Source: a virus
Taxonomy: Duplodnaviria > Caudoviricetes
Virus record (IMG/VR): IMGVR_UViG_3300035208_002115
Reading direction: 5' to 3' (one strand)
DNA: 64,000 nucleotides
Made by a program: the position numbers and the translations under genes. Below, piece by piece: positions 26,916 to 37,526 of the stretch. Within the stretch, counting starts at the first letter, position 1; each line of letters opens with the position of its first letter. The notes below the pieces were generated by a model, which worked only from the letters and a program-made list of their open reading frames with translations, searched no databases and was not told the origin of the DNA.

Positions 26916-27783
26916 CCACTAATGGTTTTTTAAGTGTTATACCTTCATCACTACCATATTTTACAATCTTATATATAAGAACTGGCGCACTATGTTCGAC
27001 TTCAATCTCTTTTTCATAGTTTAAATTCCAAGCTGATTTATAAACAGTTGCATTCCAATTTATATCTTCGGGTTTAACTTTTCCGTATAATATATAACAA
27101 TCTTCTCTTGAACCGCTATGTGGTTCTGCACCTTCTTCTTCATAAGACCAAAATAACCCTACACCGTTGAAAGTTTTAAACTGTGTATATGCGTCTACGA
27201 AACTACCTTTACTATATGATACAGCTCTGTAAATAGGTATTAATCCATTTTCATCCTGTTCATCAATTAGAATATCCAAGACGTTGTTTTCATGTAATTT
27301 TTCATAAAAAATATCATTCTTTATATCATTATCAATTTTTTCTAAATCTGGATTATCTTTAATAAGAAAATCTTGTAAGTCGTATAATAATTTAAATTCT
27401 TCTGTAATGTCACGAAGTGAACAATTCGGATTTTCTTTTATATAATTTTTTATTTCGTCATTATAATATTCTGGTTTATTTAGTGGACTATATCTATCTA
27501 AGAATACTGAATTAAATTGATATTGGATTGATTCACTGTCTATATCGCCATCTTTAAAAGATGTGAAAGCGTTATTTTCTTCATTTTCCCAAGCTTTTAT
27601 TATATCCTGTCTATCCCAATCAGAGGTGAAAGTTTCTGATTTAATTTTCAACTCATTAGATAATTCTTCCAATCTGTCTATAATGTGTACATGAGTTGGT
27701 TTATCATGTATAGGATGTTGACCTTTTAAAAAAGGTATTTCAAGTTGATTTCTAAATTCATTTAATGACAAAATATGTCTCAT
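26905..27783 (-). CDS. hypothetical protein (N-terminal HILSLNEF motif)
   Basis: 292-aa ORF; C-terminal IYRAV..GLFWS..EKEIEV resembles an ART-like R-S-E arrangement. Confidence 0.65.
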   Translation of the reverse strand: MRHILSLNEFRNQLEIPFLKGQHPIHDKPTHVHIIDRLEELSNELKIKSETFTSDWDRQDIIKAWENEENNAFTSFKDGDIDSESIQYQFNSVFLDRYSPLNKPEYYNDEIKNYIKENPNCSLRDITEEFKLLYDLQDFLIKDNPDLEKIDNDIKNDIFYEKLHENNVLDILIDEQDENGLIPIYRAVSYSKGSFVDAYTQFKTFNGVGLFWSYEEEGAEPHSGSREDCYILYGKVKPEDINWNATVYKSAWNLNYEKEIEVEHSAPVLIYKIVKYGSDEGITLKKPLVVKA

Positions 27784-27865
27784 TAGTCTTATAAATATAT
27801 TTTAATGTATATATAATTTTTTTCTGTGGAAAACCTTTTATATTTTTGTTAATTAAATTTATTAT

Positions 27866-28642
27866 ATGAACCCTGACATTATTGGCACATTGGTGGAATT
27901 TAAAATGGGTAATATCTCAATAGAAGAAGCCCATGATAGAATAAATAATAATAATTCTCTAAAATTAACAATTGATAAATTTTTAAATACTGATATAAGT
28001 TCAATATACTTACTGGGAAAAAGGTCGATTCGTGATTATAAAAAACTTTTTTCTATAATACTAAGATTGGAAGATGACATGCCTGAATTGAGAATAGAAC
28101 CAATAGAATACCAAATTTTTGCATACGAATTTCAACGAATGTTAATACCAAACCCAGCTTATCGGGAAATGATTAACAATGGTGACTCTTTTTTTAAATT
28201 AGGGTTTAAGGATTACGATGATGATACAATTATAAAAATATGTGAAAATTATGTTAAACTGACATTAAAAGAATATGAGAAGGTTGATACTAATGAAATC
28301 TCGCATATGTCAGTATTAATGAATATACTCGGATTCATTTTTGATGACGGTGATGGGTTTGAAAATGCTTTCCTTTATTTAATTAAAAAAATAAATTCTT
28401 TTCAATTTGGAACACAGTTTAATATATCTGATATTCTTTCATTTGATTTAAATTGGAAACACTTATTTCACAACTATATGGTAGATTTCACTAAGATTGG
28501 GTTTATGGTTAATAACCCGATTGGTATTTATACAAAACAGTATAATATACCAGAAAATTTATATTTTACAGATTTAGATACAGATGAAAAAATAATAAAA
28601 TTACGGAGAAAACTTAAACTTGAAGAAATATTAGAATACTAA
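27866..28642 (+). CDS. hypothetical protein, C-terminal RxxKL motif family
   Basis: ends RRKLKLEEILEY. Confidence 0.7.
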   Translation: MNPDIIGTLVEFKMGNISIEEAHDRINNNNSLKLTIDKFLNTDISSIYLLGKRSIRDYKKLFSIILRLEDDMPELRIEPIEYQIFAYEFQRMLIPNPAYREMINNGDSFFKLGFKDYDDDTIIKICENYVKLTLKEYEKVDTNEISHMSVLMNILGFIFDDGDGFENAFLYLIKKINSFQFGTQFNISDILSFDLNWKHLFHNYMVDFTKIGFMVNNPIGIYTKQYNIPENLYFTDLDTDEKIIKLRRKLKLEEILEY

Positions 28643-28652
28643 TAACTTTTTT

Positions 28653-29105
28653 ATGAACTTATTACACAACATAGATGAAGATTTAAACAAACTTTTGAGT
28701 AAATTATATGAATACATAATTTGTAGTAGTAGATATACATCTGGTCAATTTACAGTTTCATATGAAGCTAATGTCAAAAAAAAGATGAACCTGTATTTTT
28801 TTGGAAAAGGTTATAATACTAAACAATTAGTATTTGATATGTTTAATGATTGTAGAATAGGTGGTAAAATAATACCACAAAAAATAATACCATCAATTGT
28901 TTATGATATAAATAAGACATCCATAACTGGTTATCTTTCTTTTTTAGTTCGCTGTGGTTATATAACAAAATGTGACAATAAAACAGGAGAATATAAATTA
29001 AATTGTCGCATACCTGCCAATTTGAAATTAACAGATATTAAAGATAAAGACAATTTGAAAAAAATACAAAGGTCTGTAAAAATTAAAACACTTGGTATAA
29101 AATAA
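28653..29105 (+). CDS. hypothetical protein, C-terminal RxxKI motif family
   Basis: ends QRSVKIKTLGIK. Confidence 0.7.
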   Translation: MNLLHNIDEDLNKLLSKLYEYIICSSRYTSGQFTVSYEANVKKKMNLYFFGKGYNTKQLVFDMFNDCRIGGKIIPQKIIPSIVYDINKTSITGYLSFLVRCGYITKCDNKTGEYKLNCRIPANLKLTDIKDKDNLKKIQRSVKIKTLGIK

Positions 29106-29112
29106 TATTAAA

Positions 29113-29445
29113 ATGAATCATGATTTTGAAATGCCATTAAATTATTCTTTAAGATTCGAACAGAATTTAAAAGAATACAAATCGTTGAATGAATTTATAA
29201 CTTCAATGGAAAATTCTATGATGTCTATCGGTTCACTGATAGAATCTATACGGGTGGTGTGTGGTGGTTTTAAAACTGATGAAAGAATATATGTTATTAT
29301 AAGGAATTTAAAAGAAGGAAAAGTTATAGATTTTGAAGGGAATGTAGAAGATGTTGATAGGAATCAATCAGTGCTTATTTACCCATCAACCAGTTTGAAA
29401 CGCTTGGTTAAACTTGATGAAATATTTGGAGATGGACTTAAATGA
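29113..29445 (+). CDS. hypothetical protein, C-terminal RxxKL motif family
   Basis: ends KRLVKLDEIFGDGLK. Confidence 0.65.
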   Translation: MNHDFEMPLNYSLRFEQNLKEYKSLNEFITSMENSMMSIGSLIESIRVVCGGFKTDERIYVIIRNLKEGKVIDFEGNVEDVDRNQSVLIYPSTSLKRLVKLDEIFGDGLK

Positions 29446-29723
29446 AAAATAGTTCCAGAAATATTAATACATTGGCTAATATTTTAGCCATCTATTCAGA
29501 TGATAATGGAATCATTAGCTTCTCTAAACTACATGAGGTTATATCCAATACCATTAAAATATCCGAATCTGAAATACAATCATTCATACAACTATTAGAA
29601 GAAAAGAACATAATAACTCTTATAACTAATAATATGGTTGTTGGTGATATAAATTTTAAAGTCAAAACAATAAAAGAAATAAGACAACTAAAGATAAACG
29701 AAATTTTTGATATTAATGAGTGA
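29442..29723 (+). CDS. hypothetical protein, C-terminal RxxKI motif family
   Basis: ends IRQLKINEIFDINE. Confidence 0.65.
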   Translation: MKNSSRNINTLANILAIYSDDNGIISFSKLHEVISNTIKISESEIQSFIQLLEEKNIITLITNNMVVGDINFKVKTIKEIRQLKINEIFDINE

Positions 29724-30750
29724 TATTCAATATATAACCAGAGATGAATTTAGAGAAAGTGTCTTAAAAAGAGATTCATATAAATGTGTTGTCTGTGGAC
29801 AACCAGCAAAAGACGCACATCACATTTTAGAACGAAAGCTTTTCGGTGAATCGGGTGGATATTTTCTTGATAACGGAGCATCACTTTGTGGAAAACATCA
29901 TATTGAAGCCGAACAAACTATTATCACTTGTGATTTTTTGAGGGAAAAATGTCAAATTAAAAATATTATTTTACCAGAACATTTCGAAAACGAATATAAA
30001 TATGATAAGTGGGGTAATGTCTTACTACCTAATGGTAATAGATTAAAAGGTGAATTATTTTTTGATGAATCTGTTCAAAAGATACTTGGAGAAGCTGGTA
30101 TTCTTAACACTTTTCAGAAGTATATAAAATATCCTCGGACATATCATGTTCACTGGAGTAATTTATCATCAGACGACAAAATGCTTAAAGATGATAGTAT
30201 TTTTATTGATAAAAATGTAGTATGCAGTCTTAAAATGGATGGGGAGAACACTACATGTTATAACGATTATATTCATGCTCGTTCTTTAGATTCAAATAAT
30301 CATGAAAGCCGTAATTGGGTGAAAGGAATGTTGGCTAAAGTGTCTTATCTACTGGATGATAATATGCGAATATGTGGAGAAAACTTATATGCAGTTCATA
30401 CAGTTCGATATAATATTCTTAAAAGCTATTTCTACATGTTTTCTTTCTGGATTGATAATAAGTGCTTGTCATGGGAAGAAACTGTTCAATACGCTTCTAT
30501 TTTAGATTTAGAAACAGTTCCTGTGTTTTATGATGGTATATATGATAAAGAAAAGATTATAGCTGCCTTTTCTCCATATGAAAAAGAAAATGAGGGATAT
30601 GTTATAAGACTTTCGGATGAATTTGATTATATCAATTTCCGAAAATCTGTCGCCAAATATGTTCGGCCAGAATTCCGAAACACATTGAATGAAAAGGATG
30701 AACATTGGATAACCAAAAAAGTAGAAAAGAATAATTTAATTATAATATGA
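29716..30750 (+). CDS. HNH-domain / RNA ligase fusion protein
   Basis: N-terminal RDSYKCVVC..DAHHI..NGASLCGKHH; C-terminal KYPRTYH, KMDGENTT, CGENL, EGYVIR, AKYVR. Confidence 0.85.
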   Translation: MSDIQYITRDEFRESVLKRDSYKCVVCGQPAKDAHHILERKLFGESGGYFLDNGASLCGKHHIEAEQTIITCDFLREKCQIKNIILPEHFENEYKYDKWGNVLLPNGNRLKGELFFDESVQKILGEAGILNTFQKYIKYPRTYHVHWSNLSSDDKMLKDDSIFIDKNVVCSLKMDGENTTCYNDYIHARSLDSNNHESRNWVKGMLAKVSYLLDDNMRICGENLYAVHTVRYNILKSYFYMFSFWIDNKCLSWEETVQYASILDLETVPVFYDGIYDKEKIIAAFSPYEKENEGYVIRLSDEFDYINFRKSVAKYVRPEFRNTLNEKDEHWITKKVEKNNLIII

Positions 30751-30962
30751 GACCGAATTGGAAAGATGGTGATAAATGTTTAGTTTTCGATTATAAAACT
30801 TGGCAAAAAACTGGTGATATAGGAAACAACGAACAGTTCTTTAAAGAGGCCACTATTGAAAAGGTATATTTTTTAAAAGGTGAATATGTAGCAGATATAT
30901 TCTGGACTCATGCCAATGAGATGAGCAAAGGACATTTTTTAAAATGTATAAAACCTTTCTAA
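30747..30962 (+). CDS. hypothetical protein
   Basis: 71-aa ORF. Confidence 0.55.
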   Translation: MRPNWKDGDKCLVFDYKTWQKTGDIGNNEQFFKEATIEKVYFLKGEYVADIFWTHANEMSKGHFLKCIKPF

Positions 30963-31391
30963 ATAATTAAAACTTTTTTATTTTTTCATTCTATAAGAAT
31001 AAAAATAATGGAGTTTTTATGAAAACATTAAAGAAAAACGATGAAATTATCAGAGTTACAGAAGAAAAAGTTAAGAATTATTTAAACATGGGTTACAACT
31101 ACTGCCCGAAAGACGAATGGAAAAAGAACGTTCGTGATGTGGATAGAAAACCCAAAAATGACAACCCTAAAACGGGAAATAAAAAATAATAATCATAAAG
31201 TGAAAAGAAAGCATATATTTTTTGGATTATTAATTTTAGTATTTAGCATTGCATTAATATTAATAAATAGTTTTCTCCCTGCTTATACTGAAGCCTGTGC
31301 ATATGTTTTTTCATTTACAGCCTTATTTTTAGGATTTATTAAATGGCTTCCAAGATTGAACACTTGGTTTGAACATATGGTATTATAAATT

Positions 31392-31754
31392 ATGAAATTA
31401 ATATTATTTGGATTTTTATTTGGCTTATTTTCAGCACTATACTTCAGTTATCTGACGTATAGTGCTATTTTTTTTACTATTAAAAAATTTTTCATAATGT
31501 TATTTAGTATTAGATATCTTTTTAAAATATTTAAAAAGAAAAATAATAAAAAAATCGCAAAGGTCGGTGATTGTATACAATGGACGATGCCTGATAATTG
31601 TGGCAGACTATCAAATAAGGTATATGAAAGTGAAGTTGTGATGGTTGATTTAAAAGAACAACATTATGGGGTATACGCAGAATATGGTCAGGATTTAATA
31701 CCATTTGAGTCTGCGGTGAATATTGATGTTATTCACCGCAAATTTTGCGGTTAA
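31392..31754 (+). CDS. membrane-anchored hypothetical protein
   Basis: Hydrophobic N-terminus, 120 aa. Confidence 0.6.
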   Translation: MKLILFGFLFGLFSALYFSYLTYSAIFFTIKKFFIMLFSIRYLFKIFKKKNNKKIAKVGDCIQWTMPDNCGRLSNKVYESEVVMVDLKEQHYGVYAEYGQDLIPFESAVNIDVIHRKFCG

Positions 31755-31806
31755 TAAGTGAAGAAGTTGGGTTTAAAATAAAAATATATATAATAAAAAT
31801 ATTATT

Positions 31807-32766
31807 ATGAGATATAAAACCCCACTTCAAAAAGAATATAATACTAAGGATTATCATTTTATCCGAAATAATATGATGTTAGGTCATAGTTATATATGGG
31901 ATAACTCTGGTGGTTGTGGTGAAGGTGATGCATTGTGGAGAACTGGTTGGGCATACATTACATATGGTGATAAGTGTTTTAAAGACGGTATACTTTCTTG
32001 TTTTACTGATGAGGTTGATAATAAAGGAAAGAAATACATTCAAGCCCATAGATATCCAAATTATGGTGAAGAAGATGTCAGTCGAGACCAAATAACTGGA
32101 GCATTATGTGGATTAAAAGTTAATGGAGATATTGATGATTTGAAACGAATCATAAAGGGATTAAAATGGAGAATATCCAAAAAATTCCAACTCACACCAG
32201 ATACATGGATGTGGATGCAAGCTTTAAAAGGTAGTTTATTCTGGTCAATCATGTTTTGTTTCATCGATATGATATTTGTAGCACCTTGGTCAGTATTATA
32301 TGATAAATTTTTATATAAATGGGCTGGTTTAATACAAGTGTCACCTGAAGAAAAGGTTGGTGAGATAAACGTAGAAACTAATAAAAAAAAGAAATTTGCT
32401 ACGGATGTTCATTATCCAATGTATGCACGACATCTATTCGCATGGCAATTACACACTGTAAGAAATAATCCCTTTAAATGGGTATGTCAAAAATGTTTGT
32501 TGATTGGATTACACGATTCTAACATTTTAATGAAACTATTAGCAGGGAAAAAGGTTAAATTATCAGACGTTTATCATTATAAAGCAATGACTGGTTTTCC
32601 TTGGCAAAATATTTTTTTTAAATATAATTATAGTGCATGTGAAATAATTGAATTACATAAAGGGTATAAAGAACTTTATAATAATTCAGCTAATGTTTTG
32701 GATAATGATGTTCTTTGGTATATGTATGAAAAATATCCAGAATTATTTATAAATGATATTGATTAA
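31807..32766 (+). CDS. hypothetical protein
   Basis: 319-aa ORF; GEGDALW, SRDQ motifs. Confidence 0.7.
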   Translation: MRYKTPLQKEYNTKDYHFIRNNMMLGHSYIWDNSGGCGEGDALWRTGWAYITYGDKCFKDGILSCFTDEVDNKGKKYIQAHRYPNYGEEDVSRDQITGALCGLKVNGDIDDLKRIIKGLKWRISKKFQLTPDTWMWMQALKGSLFWSIMFCFIDMIFVAPWSVLYDKFLYKWAGLIQVSPEEKVGEINVETNKKKKFATDVHYPMYARHLFAWQLHTVRNNPFKWVCQKCLLIGLHDSNILMKLLAGKKVKLSDVYHYKAMTGFPWQNIFFKYNYSACEIIELHKGYKELYNNSANVLDNDVLWYMYEKYPELFINDID

Positions 32767-32768
32767 AA

Positions 32769-33194
32769 ATGAAAATAAAATTTTTTAATAATTTTATTAA
32801 TGAGAATAACCAGAGTCCAATTATATCTGATGCTGTTAAGCTGATGACAAAAAAATATAACGATGAATACGGTGTTTCATGTGATATAATAAATCAGGGT
32901 GATTGTTCAAATTTTGCTGAAGAACTATATGATTATTTAAAAGAAACAGGTATTAATGGTGAGATATTAAGTGATGGTTTATTTTATGACCCATTTAATG
33001 ATGTAGAACCAGAGATGTTATTAGACGTGAATGAGTATGGGAATAAACCAATTGATTTTGAAAAAATTGGTCTACCTTCGCATTATTGGTATTATTACGA
33101 TAGAAAACATTATGACAGTGATACACCTGAAGGTGTAACAGATATGTTTGAATTACCAATTATTAAAAAATTCTATTTAAAATATAGAAAATAA
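32769..33194 (+). CDS. hypothetical protein (N-terminal FNNFINE motif)
   Basis: INQGDCSNFA...HYWYY..KHYD. Confidence 0.7.
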   Translation: MKIKFFNNFINENNQSPIISDAVKLMTKKYNDEYGVSCDIINQGDCSNFAEELYDYLKETGINGEILSDGLFYDPFNDVEPEMLLDVNEYGNKPIDFEKIGLPSHYWYYYDRKHYDSDTPEGVTDMFELPIIKKFYLKYRK

Positions 33195-33198
33195 TAAA

Positions 33199-33396
33199 AT
33201 GTCTAAAAAGTCTAAAAATAAAAAAACTTTTAGCTTCGAAGATTATATAAAAGCTAATAGACGTGGTTCAAGAGAAGCAGAGCTTGAAGATTCTACGGGG
33301 TGGAATAGTGTACATAAAGCACACGCCACGCCAAAGGATTATAAAAGAAAGGGTAAACATAATAAACCGCTTCTGGATGAAGAAGATGAAGATTAA
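33199..33396 (+). CDS. small basic hypothetical protein
   Basis: 65-aa ORF, YIKANRRGSREAE. Confidence 0.65.
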   Translation: MSKKSKNKKTFSFEDYIKANRRGSREAELEDSTGWNSVHKAHATPKDYKRKGKHNKPLLDEEDED

Positions 33397-33427
33397 TTTT
33401 ATATTTATATTTTTTAAATTTTATATT

Positions 33428-33841
33428 ATGAAAAAGTTAGGTTATATTATTTTTACGTTGATATCATTATCATTTATGGTATCATGTGGGTTTTTTCAAC
33501 AAAATATCCATGAAATTTCAACTATTGATTCTAATAATTTTTATCAGGTTTTTGATAGTGCAAAATATCGTACACCAAAACCAGTGGCGTGTTCCGATTC
33601 TATTTATATATCTAAAGGGTCATTATACACAATTACCAAATTAAAAGCTGCTAATTTGGATTCTAACAATATGTCAGAATTATCTTTTAAATTATTTGTT
33701 ACTTATTCAAATTTAATAGAATCTATTATGATGAACAGTAAAGATTCAACTATTATTTTAGTTCACCATAAATATTGCTTAACTAACTATGAAATAATGG
33801 AGAATCTTGTTATGAACGGTGCAATTTTAGTAAGAAAATAA
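33428..33841 (+). CDS. putative lipoprotein
   Basis: MKK plus hydrophobic stretch and lipobox-like MVSC; ATG at 33428. Confidence 0.6.
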   Translation: MKKLGYIIFTLISLSFMVSCGFFQQNIHEISTIDSNNFYQVFDSAKYRTPKPVACSDSIYISKGSLYTITKLKAANLDSNNMSELSFKLFVTYSNLIESIMMNSKDSTIILVHHKYCLTNYEIMENLVMNGAILVRK

Positions 33842-33963
33842 ATTTTTACTGAATGTGTATTTAATATAGAATAAATAATTATATTTGTTGAGTGATATTT
33901 TAAATATCCGCATATTGTATATTTTTGGTTTGTAAACCAGCTTTCGAAATGGAGCTGGTTTAT

Positions 33964-34497
33964 TTAATTAAAGTTGCGATGCTTCTTAAAAACTTCGTAG
34001 GCAGCATTTAACTTCTGAAAATTTCTTTTGGATATTTCTTGATTTTCTACTGTATCGATTGACCATTTATCTGGATGCCAAATGGTAGCAAATTTTCTAT
34101 AAGTTTTTTTAATATCTTCAATAGTACATTCAGGTTTTAATTTAAATAATTGATATGCTTCGGCTAAGTTATCTCTTGTACGAGGTGTTAATATTTGTTG
34201 TTGATAATGATATTTATATTTATTCTCCATATCATTAAACATATCTTTAATAAACTTCTGGTAATACTCTTTATTGTATTGATACTGTTTATTATTTCTA
34301 AGTTCTTGTAATCTTTTATTGGAGTAATATTCGACAATATTGCCAATTAAAGAAGCCAACTGTATGAAAAAAAATACAAATAAACATATTGTAGTAAAAT
34401 GATTACTACTATAATAAAAAGATATTAAAAATATAACAGACCATATAGAATTTTTAATTATTTTCCTTCTTATTGTAAGTAGTGTGTTTTTATCCAT
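33964..34497 (-). CDS. membrane-anchored DnaJ (J-domain) protein
   Basis: Two N-terminal TM segments; IKKTYRKFATIWHPDK...FQKLNAAYE. Confidence 0.85.
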   Translation of the reverse strand: MDKNTLLTIRRKIIKNSIWSVIFLISFYYSSNHFTTICLFVFFFIQLASLIGNIVEYYSNKRLQELRNNKQYQYNKEYYQKFIKDMFNDMENKYKYHYQQQILTPRTRDNLAEAYQLFKLKPECTIEDIKKTYRKFATIWHPDKWSIDTVENQEISKRNFQKLNAAYEVFKKHRNFN

Positions 34498-34560
34498 AGT
34501 ATTTTTAATTATTAGACAAATATATCTAAAAAATAAAAATATAAAAAATTAAATATAATA

Positions 34561-35196
34561 TTAACTTAAAATATCGTTAATTTTAAGGTCTCTTATTAAG
34601 ATAGATAATTCTTTCTGTATTTCTTTATCATGTATTGACCTTATTATTTCATATAATTTATTTACTTCATATGAATGACCATGTTTTGAATACAAATATT
34701 CAGATACTTTCTTAACGAGTAAACCTCGTTCGGTATAATTGTTTTTTGATTCGATAGTTTTTATAACATGACAAGTCCTATCTTCATCATCATTCACATA
34801 CAATGAAATAGTAGCATTAATCAAAACATTTGTACTTAATTTGTAATCATCGTGTACAATAACCTTATCAATAAATTTATAATCAACAAGTGTTGCTGGT
34901 ATTGCTAAGACTGATGTAGTATTATAAAAAGTTGACGGCTTATGTGAGAAGTTAGATGATACAAATGGATAATATACACCTTTTAAGAATGATGAATTTA
35001 TGCGTTTTTTATAATATATAATATCACAACCAAAATGATAACTTTTAACCATTTGTAAATCGTTATCTTCGTCTGAATTTTTAACGTACAAATATTTATA
35101 ATCATTATTAAAAATTATTTCACCAGTAACTGGGTCAAATATTATAATGGTATAAAATCGGTATTTATCGTTTAGTTTATTGAATTTGATAATCAC
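34561..35196 (-). CDS. hypothetical protein, C-terminal RxxKI motif family
   Basis: ends IRDLKINDILS. Confidence 0.65.
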   Translation of the reverse strand: MIIKFNKLNDKYRFYTIIIFDPVTGEIIFNNDYKYLYVKNSDEDNDLQMVKSYHFGCDIIYYKKRINSSFLKGVYYPFVSSNFSHKPSTFYNTTSVLAIPATLVDYKFIDKVIVHDDYKLSTNVLINATISLYVNDDEDRTCHVIKTIESKNNYTERGLLVKKVSEYLYSKHGHSYEVNKLYEIIRSIHDKEIQKELSILIRDLKINDILS

Positions 35197-35427
35197 ATTT
35201 AATCATGAGGGGGCATTACATTTAGCATTGGGGTCTTTTCGACCATGACCATATTTACATTCTTCACAGGTTAAAATAGATTCGTATTCACAATCGAATT
35301 CGTATCCCCATGATGTCCAATATTTATATCCTTTACAATTTGGATTTGTACTGGTAAATTCTGGTGAAAATATACTCATATCAAAAGCTTTGTGATATGT
35401 ATAGTTTAAAAAAGTGAAAAGGTCGAA

Positions 35428-35721
35428 TTATTTTTCGTCTTTTTCTTTAATATTTTGAATAGTTTTTAATGCTGAGTCTAATACATTGTCAGACTTATCT
35501 ATATTGGCTGCAAACGCTAACATACTTGTAGCTTCTTTTCTATCCCCCACCTTTTTTAATAAATCGGATGCTAATTTTTTACCAGACGTATAAACATCAG
35601 TTATCTTTTTATCTTCTGGGATACCAAGAATTTTATGCATTTTACCTTTTTTAGGTTCAACATCTGCTGTCCATTTTTCTTCATTAATAAATAAATCAAA
35701 TGTTTTAACAATTCTGTTCAT
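35428..35721 (-). CDS. hypothetical protein (N-terminal VKTFDLFINE motif)
   Basis: 97-aa ORF; AATATATA upstream. Confidence 0.7.
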   Translation of the reverse strand: MNRIVKTFDLFINEEKWTADVEPKKGKMHKILGIPEDKKITDVYTSGKKLASDLLKKVGDRKEATSMLAFAANIDKSDNVLDSALKTIQNIKEKDEK

Positions 35722-35767
35722 TTTATATTTTTATTTTAGGTATATATTAAATATCAATTTTTCTATA

Positions 35768-36742
35768 TTATTTAAACCATTTTTTCCTTATATCATATTT
35801 ACCAGTATCATTCTTCTTTAAATTATATTTGATAACAGCATTTTCACTATTCAATTCAGAAAGAGATTTTTTACTACCGTCTTCTTTCAAATCAAAATTA
35901 TAACCCATTTCCCACCATTTTTTCATCATAACTGGGTCAAAAACAACTGTACCAGCACCCACATTAAAATTATCTGGAAGATAATAATAATTTATATTTA
36001 TATTTTTAAGTTCTCCTTCTATTTTTCCTAAGTGTACATCATCTCGTGTAACACCCAATGATAATATATCTAAAATTCTAAACATAACATTAAAAATATT
36101 TTTAGATTTCCATTTAGACATATCCTTATTTTTTTCAGATAAAATAACAACATCTATTTCTTCAGCTCCCAAATCTATGGCTCTTTGTATGGGGACATTA
36201 TCAAAAATTCCACCGTCTAAATATTCAAAACCATTTTTTTTAAATACTTCAAATGCAATAGGTACAGAACAAGAAGCTAACATCCAATCGCAGAAATCTT
36301 CATAATTACATTCTTTTTGAGATTTATATTCTGAATTAGCGGTGGTCACGTTACCAACTGTAATATTGATTAGTTTATTCATTTCAATAGATTTATTATA
36401 ATCTTCTTTGGTGAAAATATTTTCAATATTTTTTCTTAAATTTTTTCCTTGCCCTATTGAGGTTTTCCCTGTAATTACACGCATTAAAAGATTAAATATT
36501 CTAACTTTTCCATTTTGTTTAAATGGCCTGATATTAAAAATATCTTTATTTGAAACATTTGTATATTTTTCTTTTAATTTGTCAATTGATTTAATAGAGA
36601 TAAGTGGGACTAATAAACTACCAGTAGATGTTCCAATAAAAATTTCCCATTCTTTGTTTTTTAGTTTCATTAAATTTTCGACCAAACCACCACCAAATGC
36701 TCCACGACTACCGCCCCCCGACACTACTAATGCCTTTTTCAT
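35768..36742 (-). CDS. patatin-like phospholipase
   Basis: SGGGSRG, GTSTG nucleophile elbow, YLDGG. Confidence 0.92.
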   Translation of the reverse strand: MKKALVVSGGGSRGAFGGGLVENLMKLKNKEWEIFIGTSTGSLLVPLISIKSIDKLKEKYTNVSNKDIFNIRPFKQNGKVRIFNLLMRVITGKTSIGQGKNLRKNIENIFTKEDYNKSIEMNKLINITVGNVTTANSEYKSQKECNYEDFCDWMLASCSVPIAFEVFKKNGFEYLDGGIFDNVPIQRAIDLGAEEIDVVILSEKNKDMSKWKSKNIFNVMFRILDILSLGVTRDDVHLGKIEGELKNININYYYLPDNFNVGAGTVVFDPVMMKKWWEMGYNFDLKEDGSKKSLSELNSENAVIKYNLKKNDTGKYDIRKKWFK

Positions 36743-36950
36743 AAATAAGAATTAATTTTTATTTGTGTTAATTATAACAGTATTACAAACATTACATATC
36801 ATACAGTCACAAGTATCTGGCATATATAATACTTCACCGCAAGAACAAACAACCGTGTTTTTCATAATAAATTTTTAATTTTATATATAAATAAACATAA
36901 AATGAAAAAGAGGCTTTTGGCCTCTTTTTTCAATAAAATTATTTTTATTT

Positions 36951-37526
36951 TTATTCCACAGCTAATCGAGTAGTCCAACAAAGTTTTTGATTATCCAAAA
37001 TCATAATGTTTTGTACCACTATATATAAAAATATTTTTTTATTTTCATTTTCTTCAACAAGTTTATTTATATATTCAGCAGTAATCGAGCAGATATATTT
37101 TTCTATTCCATCTAAATCCTCTAAAGAAAAATTAGTATTTTTGTCTTTAAACGATTCGTCTGGGTCTCTTAATATTTCTGATAATTGTCGGGTAAAGTAA
37201 ATATTACCAGCTCTAATATTCTTATCATAGTATGAGTATAATGGAGCATTGACTATAATTATATTTTTAAAATTATTTATTTCTTTAAGAATTTTCAATG
37301 ACACTGGAAGTGTTGTTGAATTTAGTCTACTCTCATCTGATAGTTGGTCAAACGTGGTCATACCACCACCTACACTTTCTGATATATCATGATAGTGTGC
37401 GTATAAACACATTTTTTCTTTTTTTGTTAATTTTTCAACATCTATCTCTGGGTCACTATTCAATTCATCGATTATAGGTGACCATTTTTTAAAAACATTT
37501 AGTAATTCAGATATTTTCATTTTCAT
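36951..37526 (-). CDS. hypothetical protein
   Basis: 191-aa ORF, KKWSPIID. Confidence 0.65.
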   Translation of the reverse strand: MKMKISELLNVFKKWSPIIDELNSDPEIDVEKLTKKEKMCLYAHYHDISESVGGGMTTFDQLSDESRLNSTTLPVSLKILKEINNFKNIIIVNAPLYSYYDKNIRAGNIYFTRQLSEILRDPDESFKDKNTNFSLEDLDGIEKYICSITAEYINKLVEENENKKIFLYIVVQNIMILDNQKLCWTTRLAVE

